Below the pieces are notes generated by a model. The model was not told the DNA's origin. It searched no databases and saw nothing but the letters and a program-made list of their open reading frames with translations. Positions 10,146 through 19,603 of a DNA stretch of 64,000 bases are shown here, piece by piece. Position 1 is the stretch's first letter. Each line of letters opens with the position of its first letter. This DNA is from an uncultured bacterium. GTDB lineage: Bacteria > UBP7 > UBA6624. The stretch lies in NCBI GenBank assembly GCA_964012435.1, contig CAXGSM010000004.1, forward strand, positions 10,711 to 74,710. Reading direction: 5' to 3'. The position numbers were made by a program, and so were the translations under genes.

Positions 10146-10578
10146 AGGAACCAAGACATCTCATCTAAAAGTTGAGGAAGAAAGACAGTGGTTCATCTTG
10201 AATGTGGATAATAAAATTTTAGGTAGGGCGGCTACAAAGATAGCAGCATTGCTTATCGGCTCTGAAAAAAAAGACAGATCTCCCCATATAGACAATGGCT
10301 CTTTCGTTGTAGTCTTGAATGCTAAGAAAGTTGCTCTTACGGGAAGCAAAGAAGAAGATAAAGTTTATTACAGGCATTCAGGAACGCCTGGAGGACTTAA
10401 GACGGAATCAGTTTCATCTTTAAGAAAAAGAAAACCTCAGGACTTAATAAGAAATGCAGTTAATGGAATGTTGCCAAAATCTGTTAACCGTAAGGAAAGA
10501 TTAGCAAGATTGAAGGTTTATGCTGATGATGTGCATCCGCATAAGGCTCAAAAACCACAGGAGGTTAATTTATCATGA
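10135..10578 (+). CDS. rplM: 50S ribosomal protein L13
   Basis: ILGRAAT, YYRHSGTPGGLK, GMLPK, HPHKAQKP. Confidence 0.97.
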   Translation: MINKGTKTSHLKVEEERQWFILNVDNKILGRAATKIAALLIGSEKKDRSPHIDNGSFVVVLNAKKVALTGSKEEDKVYYRHSGTPGGLKTESVSSLRKRKPQDLIRNAVNGMLPKSVNRKERLARLKVYADDVHPHKAQKPQEVNLS

Positions 10579-10979
10579 GTAGGGTTTATTCCGCTGTTGG
10601 TAGAAGAAAAAGTTCTGTAGCTGTAGCTGTTTTGAGGGATGGTGTTGGTAGAGAGGGTTTAAGGGTCAATGGAAAACCTCTTGAAAAATACTTTACAAGA
10701 AAAGAGTTACAAGAAGAAATGTTGAAACCTTTAAAGATAGCACAAGAAAAATATGCAGAAGGGGAGTTGGCTATTTCAATAACTGTGAAAGGCGGGGGTC
10801 AAAGAGGTCAGTCTGGAGCTTCAAAATTGGCTATTGCTAGAGTTTTATGTGAAGTTGACCCTAGCTTGAGAACAACATTAAGAGATTCCGGATGCTTAAC
10901 AAGAGATTCTCGATCAAAAGAAAGAAAGAAATATGGCTTGAAGAAAGCTAGAAAAGCACCTCAATTCTCTAAACGTTAG
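10575..10979 (+). CDS. rpsI: 30S ribosomal protein S9
   Basis: GRRKSS, KGGGQRGQ, ERKKYGLKKARKAPQFSKR. Confidence 0.98.
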   Translation: MSRVYSAVGRRKSSVAVAVLRDGVGREGLRVNGKPLEKYFTRKELQEEMLKPLKIAQEKYAEGELAISITVKGGGQRGQSGASKLAIARVLCEVDPSLRTTLRDSGCLTRDSRSKERKKYGLKKARKAPQFSKR

Positions 10980-10990
10980 AGGATTTGTTG

Positions 10991-10996
10991 TAAACT
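10991..10996 (+). promoter_or_regulatory. Putative -10 element (TAAACT) 6 nt upstream of the cdaA ATG, leaderless type
   Basis: TAAACT-ttatat-ATG; the same spacing recurs at other operon starts. Confidence 0.55.
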
Positions 10997-11002
10997 TTAT
11001 AT

Positions 11003-11755
11003 ATGCTGTTTAAAACTATCGTTGAAACGTTGTTTATGACAGTTCTTTTTTATACCGTTTTACGACCATTAAGAAGTAAAAAGTTTTTAAGGATTGCTTG
11101 GTCCATTATTGCTGTTTTTCTTCTTGCTAGAGCCCTGGAGGCAATGGGGTTTTTAGCTATATCATGGATTGTAGAGAGGGCTGGCATGCTTCTTCCAATT
11201 CTTTTTGTAGTTTTGTTTCAAACCGAAATAAGAAGAAGCTTGGAAGGCATATCTGTTAAAGGTTGGTTTAAAGGTTCAGTTTTGGGAAACCCTGAGGATG
11301 CTGGTGCCTTAGTGTCGACAGTCATGGGCTCTTTAAGAGAATTTAAAAGAAGTAGATTAGGAGCTTTGATTATTTTTGAAGGCAGTGACAGGCTTGAAAA
11401 TATATTAGGTGAACTTGGTGGAGTTGAGCTTGATTCAAAAGTCACCGTAGGCCTTCTCAAATCTATATTCCAAACACAAAGCCCATTGCATGATGGGGCT
11501 GTTGTCATCAGGTCAGGAAGAGTCAGAAGGGCTCAAGTGATTATTCCACTACCTCCAGGAGGGGCTGAATATAAAGGTTATGGGACAAGGCATAGAGCTG
11601 CACAAAGTGCTACTGGTGGAACAGGAGCATTGTCAATTGTTGTTTCAGAAGAAAATCAATCAGTTTCACTTTCAGAGGGTGGACAATTAAAACAAAATTT
11701 AAGTTTTGAAATGATTGAAGAGGAGTTAACTAGGTTTATCGAGAGGACAATATGA
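11003..11755 (+). CDS. cdaA: Membrane-bound diadenylate cyclase CdaA (DacA)
   Basis: Three N-terminal TM segments, FQTEIRRSLE, catalytic LHDGA and GTRHRAA motifs, VSEE. Confidence 0.93.
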   Translation: MLFKTIVETLFMTVLFYTVLRPLRSKKFLRIAWSIIAVFLLARALEAMGFLAISWIVERAGMLLPILFVVLFQTEIRRSLEGISVKGWFKGSVLGNPEDAGALVSTVMGSLREFKRSRLGALIIFEGSDRLENILGELGGVELDSKVTVGLLKSIFQTQSPLHDGAVVIRSGRVRRAQVIIPLPPGGAEYKGYGTRHRAAQSATGGTGALSIVVSEENQSVSLSEGGQLKQNLSFEMIEEELTRFIERTI

Positions 11756-12969
11756 AGATTCCCAAATTAAAATGGCTTCCAAAAGATTCAAACGAATGGT
11801 CTTTGTTTATTTTGTGCTTTATTCTTGCAGTGCTTCTTGAGGTTCAGGTAGTTACCGGTAACCCAAGTGCAAGAGAAACTTTTGTTTTTGAGGCAGTCCC
11901 TGTTAATCTTCCTTCAGAATATAAAGTTGATCGAAGAGACTTGGAGTTTGAAATAGAGTTATCTGGTGGCAGGACAAGGCTTAACAATCTTCTTCTTGAC
12001 ACAGTGGATGTAGAGGCTAGATTTGATAAATACCCTGAAGGCAGTGGACTTGCGGAAGCGACAATTTTAGTTAGACCTCCAAAAGGTCAAGGTATAAAGC
12101 ATGTAGGTGGTTCAAAAAAAGTCAGTATACAGGTTGAAAAATGGCTTGAAAGCGAAATTTTAGTAGATGTTTACAAAAGAGGGGAGGCTCCTAATGGGGT
12201 CCAGATAGTTGATTGGCAATTAGATCCAGATTTTATTGTTGTAAGCGGGCCTTTAGACCTTATGGATAATTTGAAAAATATAGAAGTTGAGCTTAATCTA
12301 GGTACGATTGTTGAATCTGAAAGTAAAAATTTAAAACCTGTCGCGAGAGATGCAAATGGACGTCTTATACAGGGTTTAACTTTTAAACCAGAAGAAATCA
12401 GAGTTGAAGTTGTTGCACAGACCGTTAGAGACAAGAGGGTTGTTTCGATTCAGCCTGACTTTAGCGGACAGCTTGAAAGCGGATTTTTTATAAGTTCAAT
12501 TGCAATAGATCCATCAACCATAATTATTGAAGGTCCTGTAAAAATTATTAGAAATTTAAATTCAGTTTTGACAAATCCGATTTCTTTAGATGGAAGAAGT
12601 GAAACGTTTGAATTAATGATTGATGTTTTTTCTCCAGCTGAAACAACATCAAACCCTAAAAAAGTTAATGTTGCAGTCGAGGTATCCCAGATAATTAGTG
12701 ATTTAGAAATATCGTCACTTATTCCCGTAAAGGTAATAGGCGGAGGTTATATTGCCTCTCCTTCAAGTATCAGTTTAGTAATAAGAGGCCCAGTTAATCA
12801 GATAGCAAAATGGATAGGAAGAGAAGCAGATCTTTTGGATTCAATCCATGTCGAAGTCAGTGCTTGTAACGGTGTTGATTCGTGTGAAAGAGAGATAGTT
12901 GTGGCCCTTCCATCTGGACTTGCAACAAAAACTATCAGCCCTAAGTATGTAACTCTAAAAAAGAAGTAG
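11752..12969 (+). CDS. cdaR: CdaR/YbbR-like regulator of CdaA
   Basis: One N-terminal TM plus repeated YbbR-like units (PDFIVVSGP, PSTIIIEGP, PSSISLVIRGP); coupled to cdaA. Confidence 0.88.
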   Translation: MKIPKLKWLPKDSNEWSLFILCFILAVLLEVQVVTGNPSARETFVFEAVPVNLPSEYKVDRRDLEFEIELSGGRTRLNNLLLDTVDVEARFDKYPEGSGLAEATILVRPPKGQGIKHVGGSKKVSIQVEKWLESEILVDVYKRGEAPNGVQIVDWQLDPDFIVVSGPLDLMDNLKNIEVELNLGTIVESESKNLKPVARDANGRLIQGLTFKPEEIRVEVVAQTVRDKRVVSIQPDFSGQLESGFFISSIAIDPSTIIIEGPVKIIRNLNSVLTNPISLDGRSETFELMIDVFSPAETTSNPKKVNVAVEVSQIISDLEISSLIPVKVIGGGYIASPSSISLVIRGPVNQIAKWIGREADLLDSIHVEVSACNGVDSCEREIVVALPSGLATKTISPKYVTLKKK

Positions 12970-12972
12970 CTT

Positions 12973-13335
12973 ATGTCAGGGGTTTTTGGAGTAGGCGTTG
13001 ATTTGGTTTACGAAAAGGAGATTATTCATTGGCTTGATTGGAGTGAAGAAAGGCTAAAAAAAACTTTACATTCAAAAGAATTAGAAGACATGAAGTCTTC
13101 AAAATGGTCAGCAGAAAAATTAGCTTCTAGAATAGCTGCCAAAGAAGCATTTTATAAAGCTTCTGGGATTTCGTTTAAACCAAATGAATTAGGTGTTTTA
13201 AATAACTCAAAAGGAAAGCCGTTTTTTTATTTTTCAGAAAAAATTAAATTAAAAATCAAGGATAAAAAAAGTCATTTATCACTTTCTCATAGTTCAGGTT
13301 GTTCAATTGCATTTGTGGTGATTGAAAATGGTTGA
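12973..13335 (+). CDS. acpS: Holo-[acyl-carrier-protein] synthase
   Basis: GVGVDLV, ASRIAAKEAFYKA, GKP, HLSLSHS. Confidence 0.92.
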   Translation: MSGVFGVGVDLVYEKEIIHWLDWSEERLKKTLHSKELEDMKSSKWSAEKLASRIAAKEAFYKASGISFKPNELGVLNNSKGKPFFYFSEKIKLKIKDKKSHLSLSHSSGCSIAFVVIENG

Positions 13336-14311
13336 TATTGTGATTCCAAGCATGCTGGGAGGGGAGAATCTTAATCTATTGGTTTCTCAGCTTGCCAGCC
13401 AGGGCTTTGACAAGGATAAGATTTTCATAGTGAAAGACGGATATCATCCTTTATGGAAAGATGTTTCTTCATCTTTGAATGTTGTTCAAACAAAAAAAAG
13501 GCTGGGCTTTGCAGGGGCTTGTGATTTTGGAATAAGAAACAGCAACTCTGACCATGTTCTTCTGCTAAATGATGATTTGAGTATTTCTGAAGGTTTTTTT
13601 GATTCATTAAATAAATACAAAGACTTTGAACCTTTTGTTGGTTTTAGGATACTAAACAAAAAGGGTACTCATATCGAGTTTGATGGTGGAGGGATGAATG
13701 TTTTTGGATATGGGCTTTCTTTAAGTTGCGGAAAAAAAATATATTCAAAAGATAATTCAGAAACTTTGTTTGCATGCGGGGCATGTTCTTTAATGAATCG
13801 AAAGTTTTACCAAAAAGTCGGTGGTTTTTGTACTGACTTTTTTTGTTATTTTGAAGATACAGAATTTGGATGGAGGGCAAATAGGCTTGGGCTTAAAACT
13901 TTTTTTGTCAGAGACAAGGGTCTTTCAGTGTGTCATGCAGGCCAACATACAAGTGGAAGAGAGTCTGGATTTAGGGAAAGAATGATGGAAAGAAACAGCT
14001 TTTTAGCCTTATTGTTAAATATACCATCTAACACTCTTTCCGAATATCTAGCTTTGGCTTGGAGGTTTTCTAAGGTACGAGAGTCTGAATCTCAAAAAAT
14101 AGGTTTTAAAGAAATTCAAAATGGTTGTTGGCATTCGAGAAGAAATATTGCTCGTTATGTTGAAAAAATATCAACATTAAGAAGTCTTTCAGATTTAAAT
14201 CAATATTCATTTAAAAAAACTAGACACTTGCTTGAGGATCCAACTAATCCAGCTTTTCCAAAAATGATTTCTAAAAAGTTATTAGAGCGAGTTTATCAGT
14301 TATGGTTTTGA
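13328..14311 (+). CDS. Glycosyltransferase family 2
   Basis: IVIPS start, LGFAGACDFG, LLLNDD, GACSLM, GGFCTDFFCYFEDTEFGWRA; ATG 13328 preferred. Confidence 0.88.
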   Translation: MVDIVIPSMLGGENLNLLVSQLASQGFDKDKIFIVKDGYHPLWKDVSSSLNVVQTKKRLGFAGACDFGIRNSNSDHVLLLNDDLSISEGFFDSLNKYKDFEPFVGFRILNKKGTHIEFDGGGMNVFGYGLSLSCGKKIYSKDNSETLFACGACSLMNRKFYQKVGGFCTDFFCYFEDTEFGWRANRLGLKTFFVRDKGLSVCHAGQHTSGRESGFRERMMERNSFLALLLNIPSNTLSEYLALAWRFSKVRESESQKIGFKEIQNGCWHSRRNIARYVEKISTLRSLSDLNQYSFKKTRHLLEDPTNPAFPKMISKKLLERVYQLWF

Positions 14312-15309
14312 AGGCGGAAAGTAGAAGGCAATTGCAGTTATCTGAATTGTTGAATGATGATTCTCTTGTTATCGGTCCTCCTGATTTGTTAATGTCAAAT
14401 AAAGAAATATGGAATGGCAAGCCCTGGATTGTTGATTTCCTAACGCCAATTTGTCAAGAAAATTATTACAGATTTCCAAATGACCGCTATGTCGAGGAAA
14501 GTAGTGCACTGCAGGAAAAAATCGCCCTTCTTCTTGGTGCGCATTTTATTTTTGCACATGATATGCAGTTTGAATTAAGGAAAAAAATGTATCCAGATAT
14601 TGTTGATGATTTTTCAAAAAAGAATTTTTCTTTAATTCCTCCAATGCCAGCAACTATACCTTTTTCATCAAAACAAAATTTTTATTTAATTTGGGGTGGT
14701 GGTGGTTGGGATTGGCTTGATCCCGGAACTTTTGTTGAGGCTATGAATATTGCTAATACAGCATATAAAGGTGTTATTTTTTCAGATAGATATAGTGGTG
14801 CTTTTTTTAAAAACAAAGCCATGAAAGGTTTAAATTCCTCAAAAGTAGAAATAAATACCTTTACAGATAGGAAAAAATATACAGAATATGTAAATAATGC
14901 ACTTGTTTGGATATCCCTGCATGATAAAGAAAGCATTGAAGCACCTATTGCGTATAGAACACGCTTGTTAGATGCAATGAATTACTACAAGCCTGTTATT
15001 GTTACAAAAGGAGAATATCTAGGAGATTTCATTGTTGAGAACGGTGGAGGCTGGTTTGTTGATCATCAAGATCCAGAACATCTAGCTTCAATTATCGAAA
15101 AGCTAAAGCCTGCCGAGGTTAAAAAAAGGGGATTAGTTGCAAATGCTCTTTTGAAAAAAGTGAAATATCAAAATTTAAAAAGCAATATCGCTGTTGCAAA
15201 ACCATCAATCTCTAAAGCCAGGGAGCTCTATTCAAGATTAAAAAAATCCAGATCAACTTTAAATAGTTTTTACTGGAGGTTTAAGAGTAAAATCTTAGGA
15301 CAAAGATAG
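14302..15309 (+). CDS. Putative glycosyltransferase (GT-B/GT4-like)
   Basis: IWGGGGWDWLDP, AYRTRLLDAM...KPVIVTKG, GWFVDHQDPEHLA resemble a GT4 C-terminal domain; coupled to the GT2. Confidence 0.65.
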   Translation: MVLKAESRRQLQLSELLNDDSLVIGPPDLLMSNKEIWNGKPWIVDFLTPICQENYYRFPNDRYVEESSALQEKIALLLGAHFIFAHDMQFELRKKMYPDIVDDFSKKNFSLIPPMPATIPFSSKQNFYLIWGGGGWDWLDPGTFVEAMNIANTAYKGVIFSDRYSGAFFKNKAMKGLNSSKVEINTFTDRKKYTEYVNNALVWISLHDKESIEAPIAYRTRLLDAMNYYKPVIVTKGEYLGDFIVENGGGWFVDHQDPEHLASIIEKLKPAEVKKRGLVANALLKKVKYQNLKSNIAVAKPSISKARELYSRLKKSRSTLNSFYWRFKSKILGQR

Positions 15310-15335
15310 ATTTGGAATCATCTTTGTTTTTTTAT

Positions 15336-16145
15336 ATGGATTATCAAAAATTATCACTAGATATTAGCTCTTGGATTAAAAGCTATTGTTCTGATAACGA
15401 TATTCAATCTTTGATTGTGGGGGTTTCTGGCGGTGTTGATTCGGCGGTTGCTTCTACCTTGGCTGCATTAACAGGTTTGCCAACTTACGCATTGTCAATT
15501 CCAATCAGGCAAAACGACAAACAGCTATCATTAGCAAAAATTCACCTTGAATGGCTTTCTAAAAAATATTCAAATATTCAAACGATGGAGTTTAATCTGA
15601 CTACTCCATTCGAATCTTTTGTTGCCTCTTTGGAATCTGGATTGGTAGAAAAATTTTCAAACCAGCATGCTGAGGCCAACACAAGATCTAGATTAAGAAT
15701 GACGTGTCTTTACCATATTGCTGCAGTTAAAAATGGTATTGTTGTTGGAACAGGAAATAAAGTCGAAGATTACGGTATTGGTTTTTATACAAAATATGGA
15801 GATGGTGGAGTTGACATTGCACCCATTGCAGATCTTTATAAATCTGAAGTATGGGAGCTTGCGCAATTTTTTGGCATCAACAAATCCATAATCAATGCAC
15901 CTCCAACTGATGGCTTATGGGATGATTTAAGAACTGACGAGGAGCAAATAGGAGCATCCTATAAAGATCTTGAATGGGTTATGAAAAGAGGTTTGAAAAA
16001 ATACAAAGATAACAAAAAATCTCTTAACACAAAAGAGATTAAACTTGTTGAAAGATATCTTGATTTCAATTTGAAAAATACACATAAAATGAAAAATATA
16101 CCAACTTACAAAAAGAAAGGTATTTTTAAGGGGAAAAATTCATGA
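15336..16145 (+). CDS. nadE: NH3-dependent NAD+ synthetase
   Basis: GVSGGVDSA, NTRSRLRM, GTGNKVE, GFYTKYGDGGVD, PTDGLW; ATG 15336 preferred over TTG 15312. Confidence 0.95.
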   Translation: MDYQKLSLDISSWIKSYCSDNDIQSLIVGVSGGVDSAVASTLAALTGLPTYALSIPIRQNDKQLSLAKIHLEWLSKKYSNIQTMEFNLTTPFESFVASLESGLVEKFSNQHAEANTRSRLRMTCLYHIAAVKNGIVVGTGNKVEDYGIGFYTKYGDGGVDIAPIADLYKSEVWELAQFFGINKSIINAPPTDGLWDDLRTDEEQIGASYKDLEWVMKRGLKKYKDNKKSLNTKEIKLVERYLDFNLKNTHKMKNIPTYKKKGIFKGKNS

Positions 16146-17320
16146 AAATAGATTTTTTATCAGAAGCTAAAAAGATAGAGGAGTGGGTTGTTGCAATTAG
16201 ACGAGAGATTCATAGGCATCCTGAAATAATGTATGAGGAGTTTAAAACCAGTCAATTGATAAGAGAGAAGTTAGATGAGCTTGGTGTCGAATACCAGCAT
16301 CCGATTGCAAAAACTGGCGTTTTGGCTCAGGTTGGTACAGGTGAAGAACCATGTGTTGCCTTGAGGGCAGACATGGATGCACTGCCAATCCATGAAGAAA
16401 ATGATCTTGATTTTAAAAGCACTATTGATGGCAAAATGCATGCTTGCGGTCATGATTGTCATGTTGCAATGCTTCTAGGGGCAGTTAAGATTTTTAAAAA
16501 ACATGAGAAAGAGATAAAAGGAACAGTTAAGTTTTTATTCCAGCCTGCAGAAGAAGGTGGAGCAGGTGGATTAAAAATGAGAGAGCAAGGTGCATTAGAG
16601 AATCCAAAGGTCAGCAAGATATTCGGATTGCACGTTTGGCCAACTTTGCCAACAGGATCGATAGGGTCTAGGCCAGGAACATTTCTTGCATCTGCGGGTT
16701 TTTTTGAAATTGAAATAAAAGGAAAAGGCGGGCATGCGGCAATGCCTCATTTTTCAATAGATCCAATTACAACAACATCACAAATAATTTCTTCTTTACA
16801 AAACATAATAAGCAGAGAAACAGATCCTTTAGAGCCAGCTGTTTTAAGTGTAACTTATGTTAATGGAGGTGATGCACATAATGTTATTCCTGAACATATA
16901 CGTTTTGGGGGCACTATAAGGTCCCTGACAATGGAAGGTCAGATGAGGATTCAGAAAAGACTTAAAGAGATAGTTGAAGGTGTGTCAGCATCGAATGGAT
17001 GTGATTCAGAGGTTCTTTTTCCAGGCAAGGTGTATCCTCCAACTGTAAATGATCCAAAATGTTGGCAAAATGTTAGAAATTATGCTAAAGGTATTTTTGG
17101 AAACAATATTGTAGAAATGGAGCCCGTCATGGGTGGTGAGGATTTTGCTTATTACACGGAAGCTTGTTCGGGTTGTTTTATTGCGCTCGGCATCGGTAAT
17201 GAGGAAAAAGGAACAACTGTAAGCGTGCATAACCCAAACTTTAAAGTTGATGAAGACGCTTTGCATCTTGGTGTAGCATTGCATATCATGATGGCCGCAG
17301 AGGCTTTGGATGAATTTTGA
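16142..17320 (+). CDS. M20D family amidohydrolase (hippurate/IAA-amino acid hydrolase type)
   Basis: RREIHRHPE, LRADMDALP, MHACGHD, FQPAEEG, GGEDF. Confidence 0.92.
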   Translation: MKIDFLSEAKKIEEWVVAIRREIHRHPEIMYEEFKTSQLIREKLDELGVEYQHPIAKTGVLAQVGTGEEPCVALRADMDALPIHEENDLDFKSTIDGKMHACGHDCHVAMLLGAVKIFKKHEKEIKGTVKFLFQPAEEGGAGGLKMREQGALENPKVSKIFGLHVWPTLPTGSIGSRPGTFLASAGFFEIEIKGKGGHAAMPHFSIDPITTTSQIISSLQNIISRETDPLEPAVLSVTYVNGGDAHNVIPEHIRFGGTIRSLTMEGQMRIQKRLKEIVEGVSASNGCDSEVLFPGKVYPPTVNDPKCWQNVRNYAKGIFGNNIVEMEPVMGGEDFAYYTEACSGCFIALGIGNEEKGTTVSVHNPNFKVDEDALHLGVALHIMMAAEALDEF

Positions 17321-18245
17321 TCATCGAAACTCTTACAGGTACCCAGGAAAAGGCCATTGGTTTGATTTTTGGAATTGCAGAATTGTTATCCCTTCAGAGA
17401 AGAAATGGTTTTTTATTATGCCTTATGTGATTTCCACAGATTCTGGTTTAAGAAAATTTTTCTATTCTTGTTCTTCATTTTCAGATGTTGAATGTTTTGA
17501 GATATTTGATGATTTAAAAATGAGTCAAGATAGTGCCAATATTAGATGGCAGGATAATCTTTTTTCTTCAGATTTAATTTCTATATCTGAAAAGGGTAAA
17601 AAATGGAGTTTTTCAATTGATTCAGTATGCTCTGATGGAACAGGAAAAGGTTCTAATTTAAGAGCTTTTAACGTAAGGGAAAAATTACATTTAAGGTCTT
17701 TGCCTTTTATACACAGGGTTCCAACGATGAAAGGTTTTGCAAATGGCTATATAGATTTTTTAGGAAATAGATTTGAGCTTAAAGATGCAATTGTTTATCA
17801 AGCAAAAAATCATGGACCGGACTTTCCTGAATCCTGGAATTGGCTACATGCGAATGTAATGCCACAATTCCCTGATTCTGCTTTTGAGATAGGGTTAATG
17901 CCCACAGCTGATGGTGACGAAGGTATTTTTAGATGGTCTAACTTGAGCGAAACAGATATTTATGCTAGTTTTCTTGGACACGATATTTATTTTGAGAGCA
18001 GGGATGATTCTTTTGATTTTTTTGTTAAAGATAAAGATAAAAAAATAATAATAGAAGGGCAAGCAAAACACGGCTCAAAAAAAGAGATCATTTTCCCCAG
18101 TCCAAAAGAAAATAATCAGGCTTTTTTGAACCCTGAATCTTTTGATGGTTATGTTAGTGGCAATTATTTAGGTAAGTTTTTTGAATCAGATTTTCCTGCA
18201 TTAGGGTCTGGTTTTAAAAAATATCATAATATTCAGATGCCTTAG
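17310..18245 (+). CDS. Tocopherol cyclase-like protein
   Basis: N-terminal SYRYPGKGHWFDFWNCRIVIP and central YQAKNHGPDFPESWNWLHAN parallel the FFEGWY..R and EKNWG..FP..WFWLQ.N motifs I recall for the tocopherol cyclase family. Confidence 0.6.
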   Translation: MNFDHRNSYRYPGKGHWFDFWNCRIVIPSEKKWFFIMPYVISTDSGLRKFFYSCSSFSDVECFEIFDDLKMSQDSANIRWQDNLFSSDLISISEKGKKWSFSIDSVCSDGTGKGSNLRAFNVREKLHLRSLPFIHRVPTMKGFANGYIDFLGNRFELKDAIVYQAKNHGPDFPESWNWLHANVMPQFPDSAFEIGLMPTADGDEGIFRWSNLSETDIYASFLGHDIYFESRDDSFDFFVKDKDKKIIIEGQAKHGSKKEIIFPSPKENNQAFLNPESFDGYVSGNYLGKFFESDFPALGSGFKKYHNIQMP

Positions 18246-18256
18246 AATATGTACTC

Positions 18257-19603
18257 ATGGACAGAGAAAAAAATTTTATTCCAGATGATTTTTATGACTT
18301 CATAGTCATAGGTGGTGGCCCAGCTGGCGCTGTATTCGCAACACTTGTAGCAAAAGAAGGCTATAAAGTTATAGTTTTAGAGGGGTCTAAATTTCCAAGA
18401 TTTTGTGTTGGTGAGATAATTGCTCCAACAGCTATTTGGAGAATTTGGCATCGATTAGGGGTTACAAAAGAGATGATGGATCCTTTGTTCATCCAAAAAT
18501 GGGGTGCTGGCTGGATAACCCCAAATGGTACTCAATTTAATTTTGACCAAGACGTTCATCCTGAAGACTCAAGGTGTCATGCTCATGTTTATCAATTAGA
18601 TCGTTCTGTTTATGATGAGTTTTTATTAAACCATGCACGAGATAATGGTGTTACAGCCCTCGAGGAAGCAAGAGTTGAAGAGCTTTTCTATGATGAAAAT
18701 GGAAGAATGAATGGAGTCTCTTTTGAACGTCATGGAAAAACTTTTGAAGTCAGATCGAAACTCGTTGTTGACGCTAGCGGAAGAACTAATTTCATACCTA
18801 GAAAATTAGGCATCAGGATGGAAATTGAGGAATTGCACTCGTTTGCCTGTTTTGCACATTGGGAAGATTGCAAAAAGGATCAAGGTAAAAATGCTGGAGA
18901 TGTTAGGCTGTTATTTACTGAAAATGATCTTTGGTATTGGTGGGCACCACTTAAGGATCCAAAATCCTCTATAGGCATCGTCGCTAATAAGAATGTTCAT
19001 TGGGATGAGTATTCAAAAGACCCTGAGGCGTTTTATGAAAAATGGGTTTTGAATCATCCCTTCATAAAGAAAAGAATAGAAAATGCAACAAGGATTACTA
19101 ATTTTGATGTAGTCAAAACAAGAATTAATCAGGCATCAAAAGATTCTGCTCTTTTGACAAACTTCCATGCAAGGTCATCTGAAGCTGTAGGTGATGGCTG
19201 GGTCTTGATAGGGGATACTTTGGGTTTTGTTGATCCTGTATTTTCTGCTGGATTGCATGTTGTTCATGGTTCAGGAATGATCCTTGCTGACGCAGTGATA
19301 AAAGGAATGAAAGAAAACAACCTATCTGAAGGTTTCATTGAAAAAGAGTATCATGAAAAATACAAAGAAGAATTTCAAGATGTTCTTTTTCATATCCAGG
19401 GTTGGGCCCAACTTTATTACAATCCAAAATTTGTTGATATGTTTTTGAAGTGGGGTAATCGCTATCCAAAGATCAGAGATATGTACATACGAACCTTTAT
19501 TGCTTTTGAAAAAAAAGCTATCAAAGAATTTAGTAAATTCTTTTTAAAGATTTTTAAAAATGTATCTCATAAGAGTGGATTCAAGCTTTCTGTTAAAAAA
19601 TGA
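18257..19603 (+). CDS. FAD-dependent oxidoreductase, probable flavin-dependent halogenase
   Basis: VIGGGPAG, FPRFCVGE, FIQKWGAGW (candidate catalytic Lys), DASGR, WYWWAP (WxWxIP-like), GD..GFVDPVFSAG. Confidence 0.75.
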   Translation: MDREKNFIPDDFYDFIVIGGGPAGAVFATLVAKEGYKVIVLEGSKFPRFCVGEIIAPTAIWRIWHRLGVTKEMMDPLFIQKWGAGWITPNGTQFNFDQDVHPEDSRCHAHVYQLDRSVYDEFLLNHARDNGVTALEEARVEELFYDENGRMNGVSFERHGKTFEVRSKLVVDASGRTNFIPRKLGIRMEIEELHSFACFAHWEDCKKDQGKNAGDVRLLFTENDLWYWWAPLKDPKSSIGIVANKNVHWDEYSKDPEAFYEKWVLNHPFIKKRIENATRITNFDVVKTRINQASKDSALLTNFHARSSEAVGDGWVLIGDTLGFVDPVFSAGLHVVHGSGMILADAVIKGMKENNLSEGFIEKEYHEKYKEEFQDVLFHIQGWAQLYYNPKFVDMFLKWGNRYPKIRDMYIRTFIAFEKKAIKEFSKFFLKIFKNVSHKSGFKLSVKK

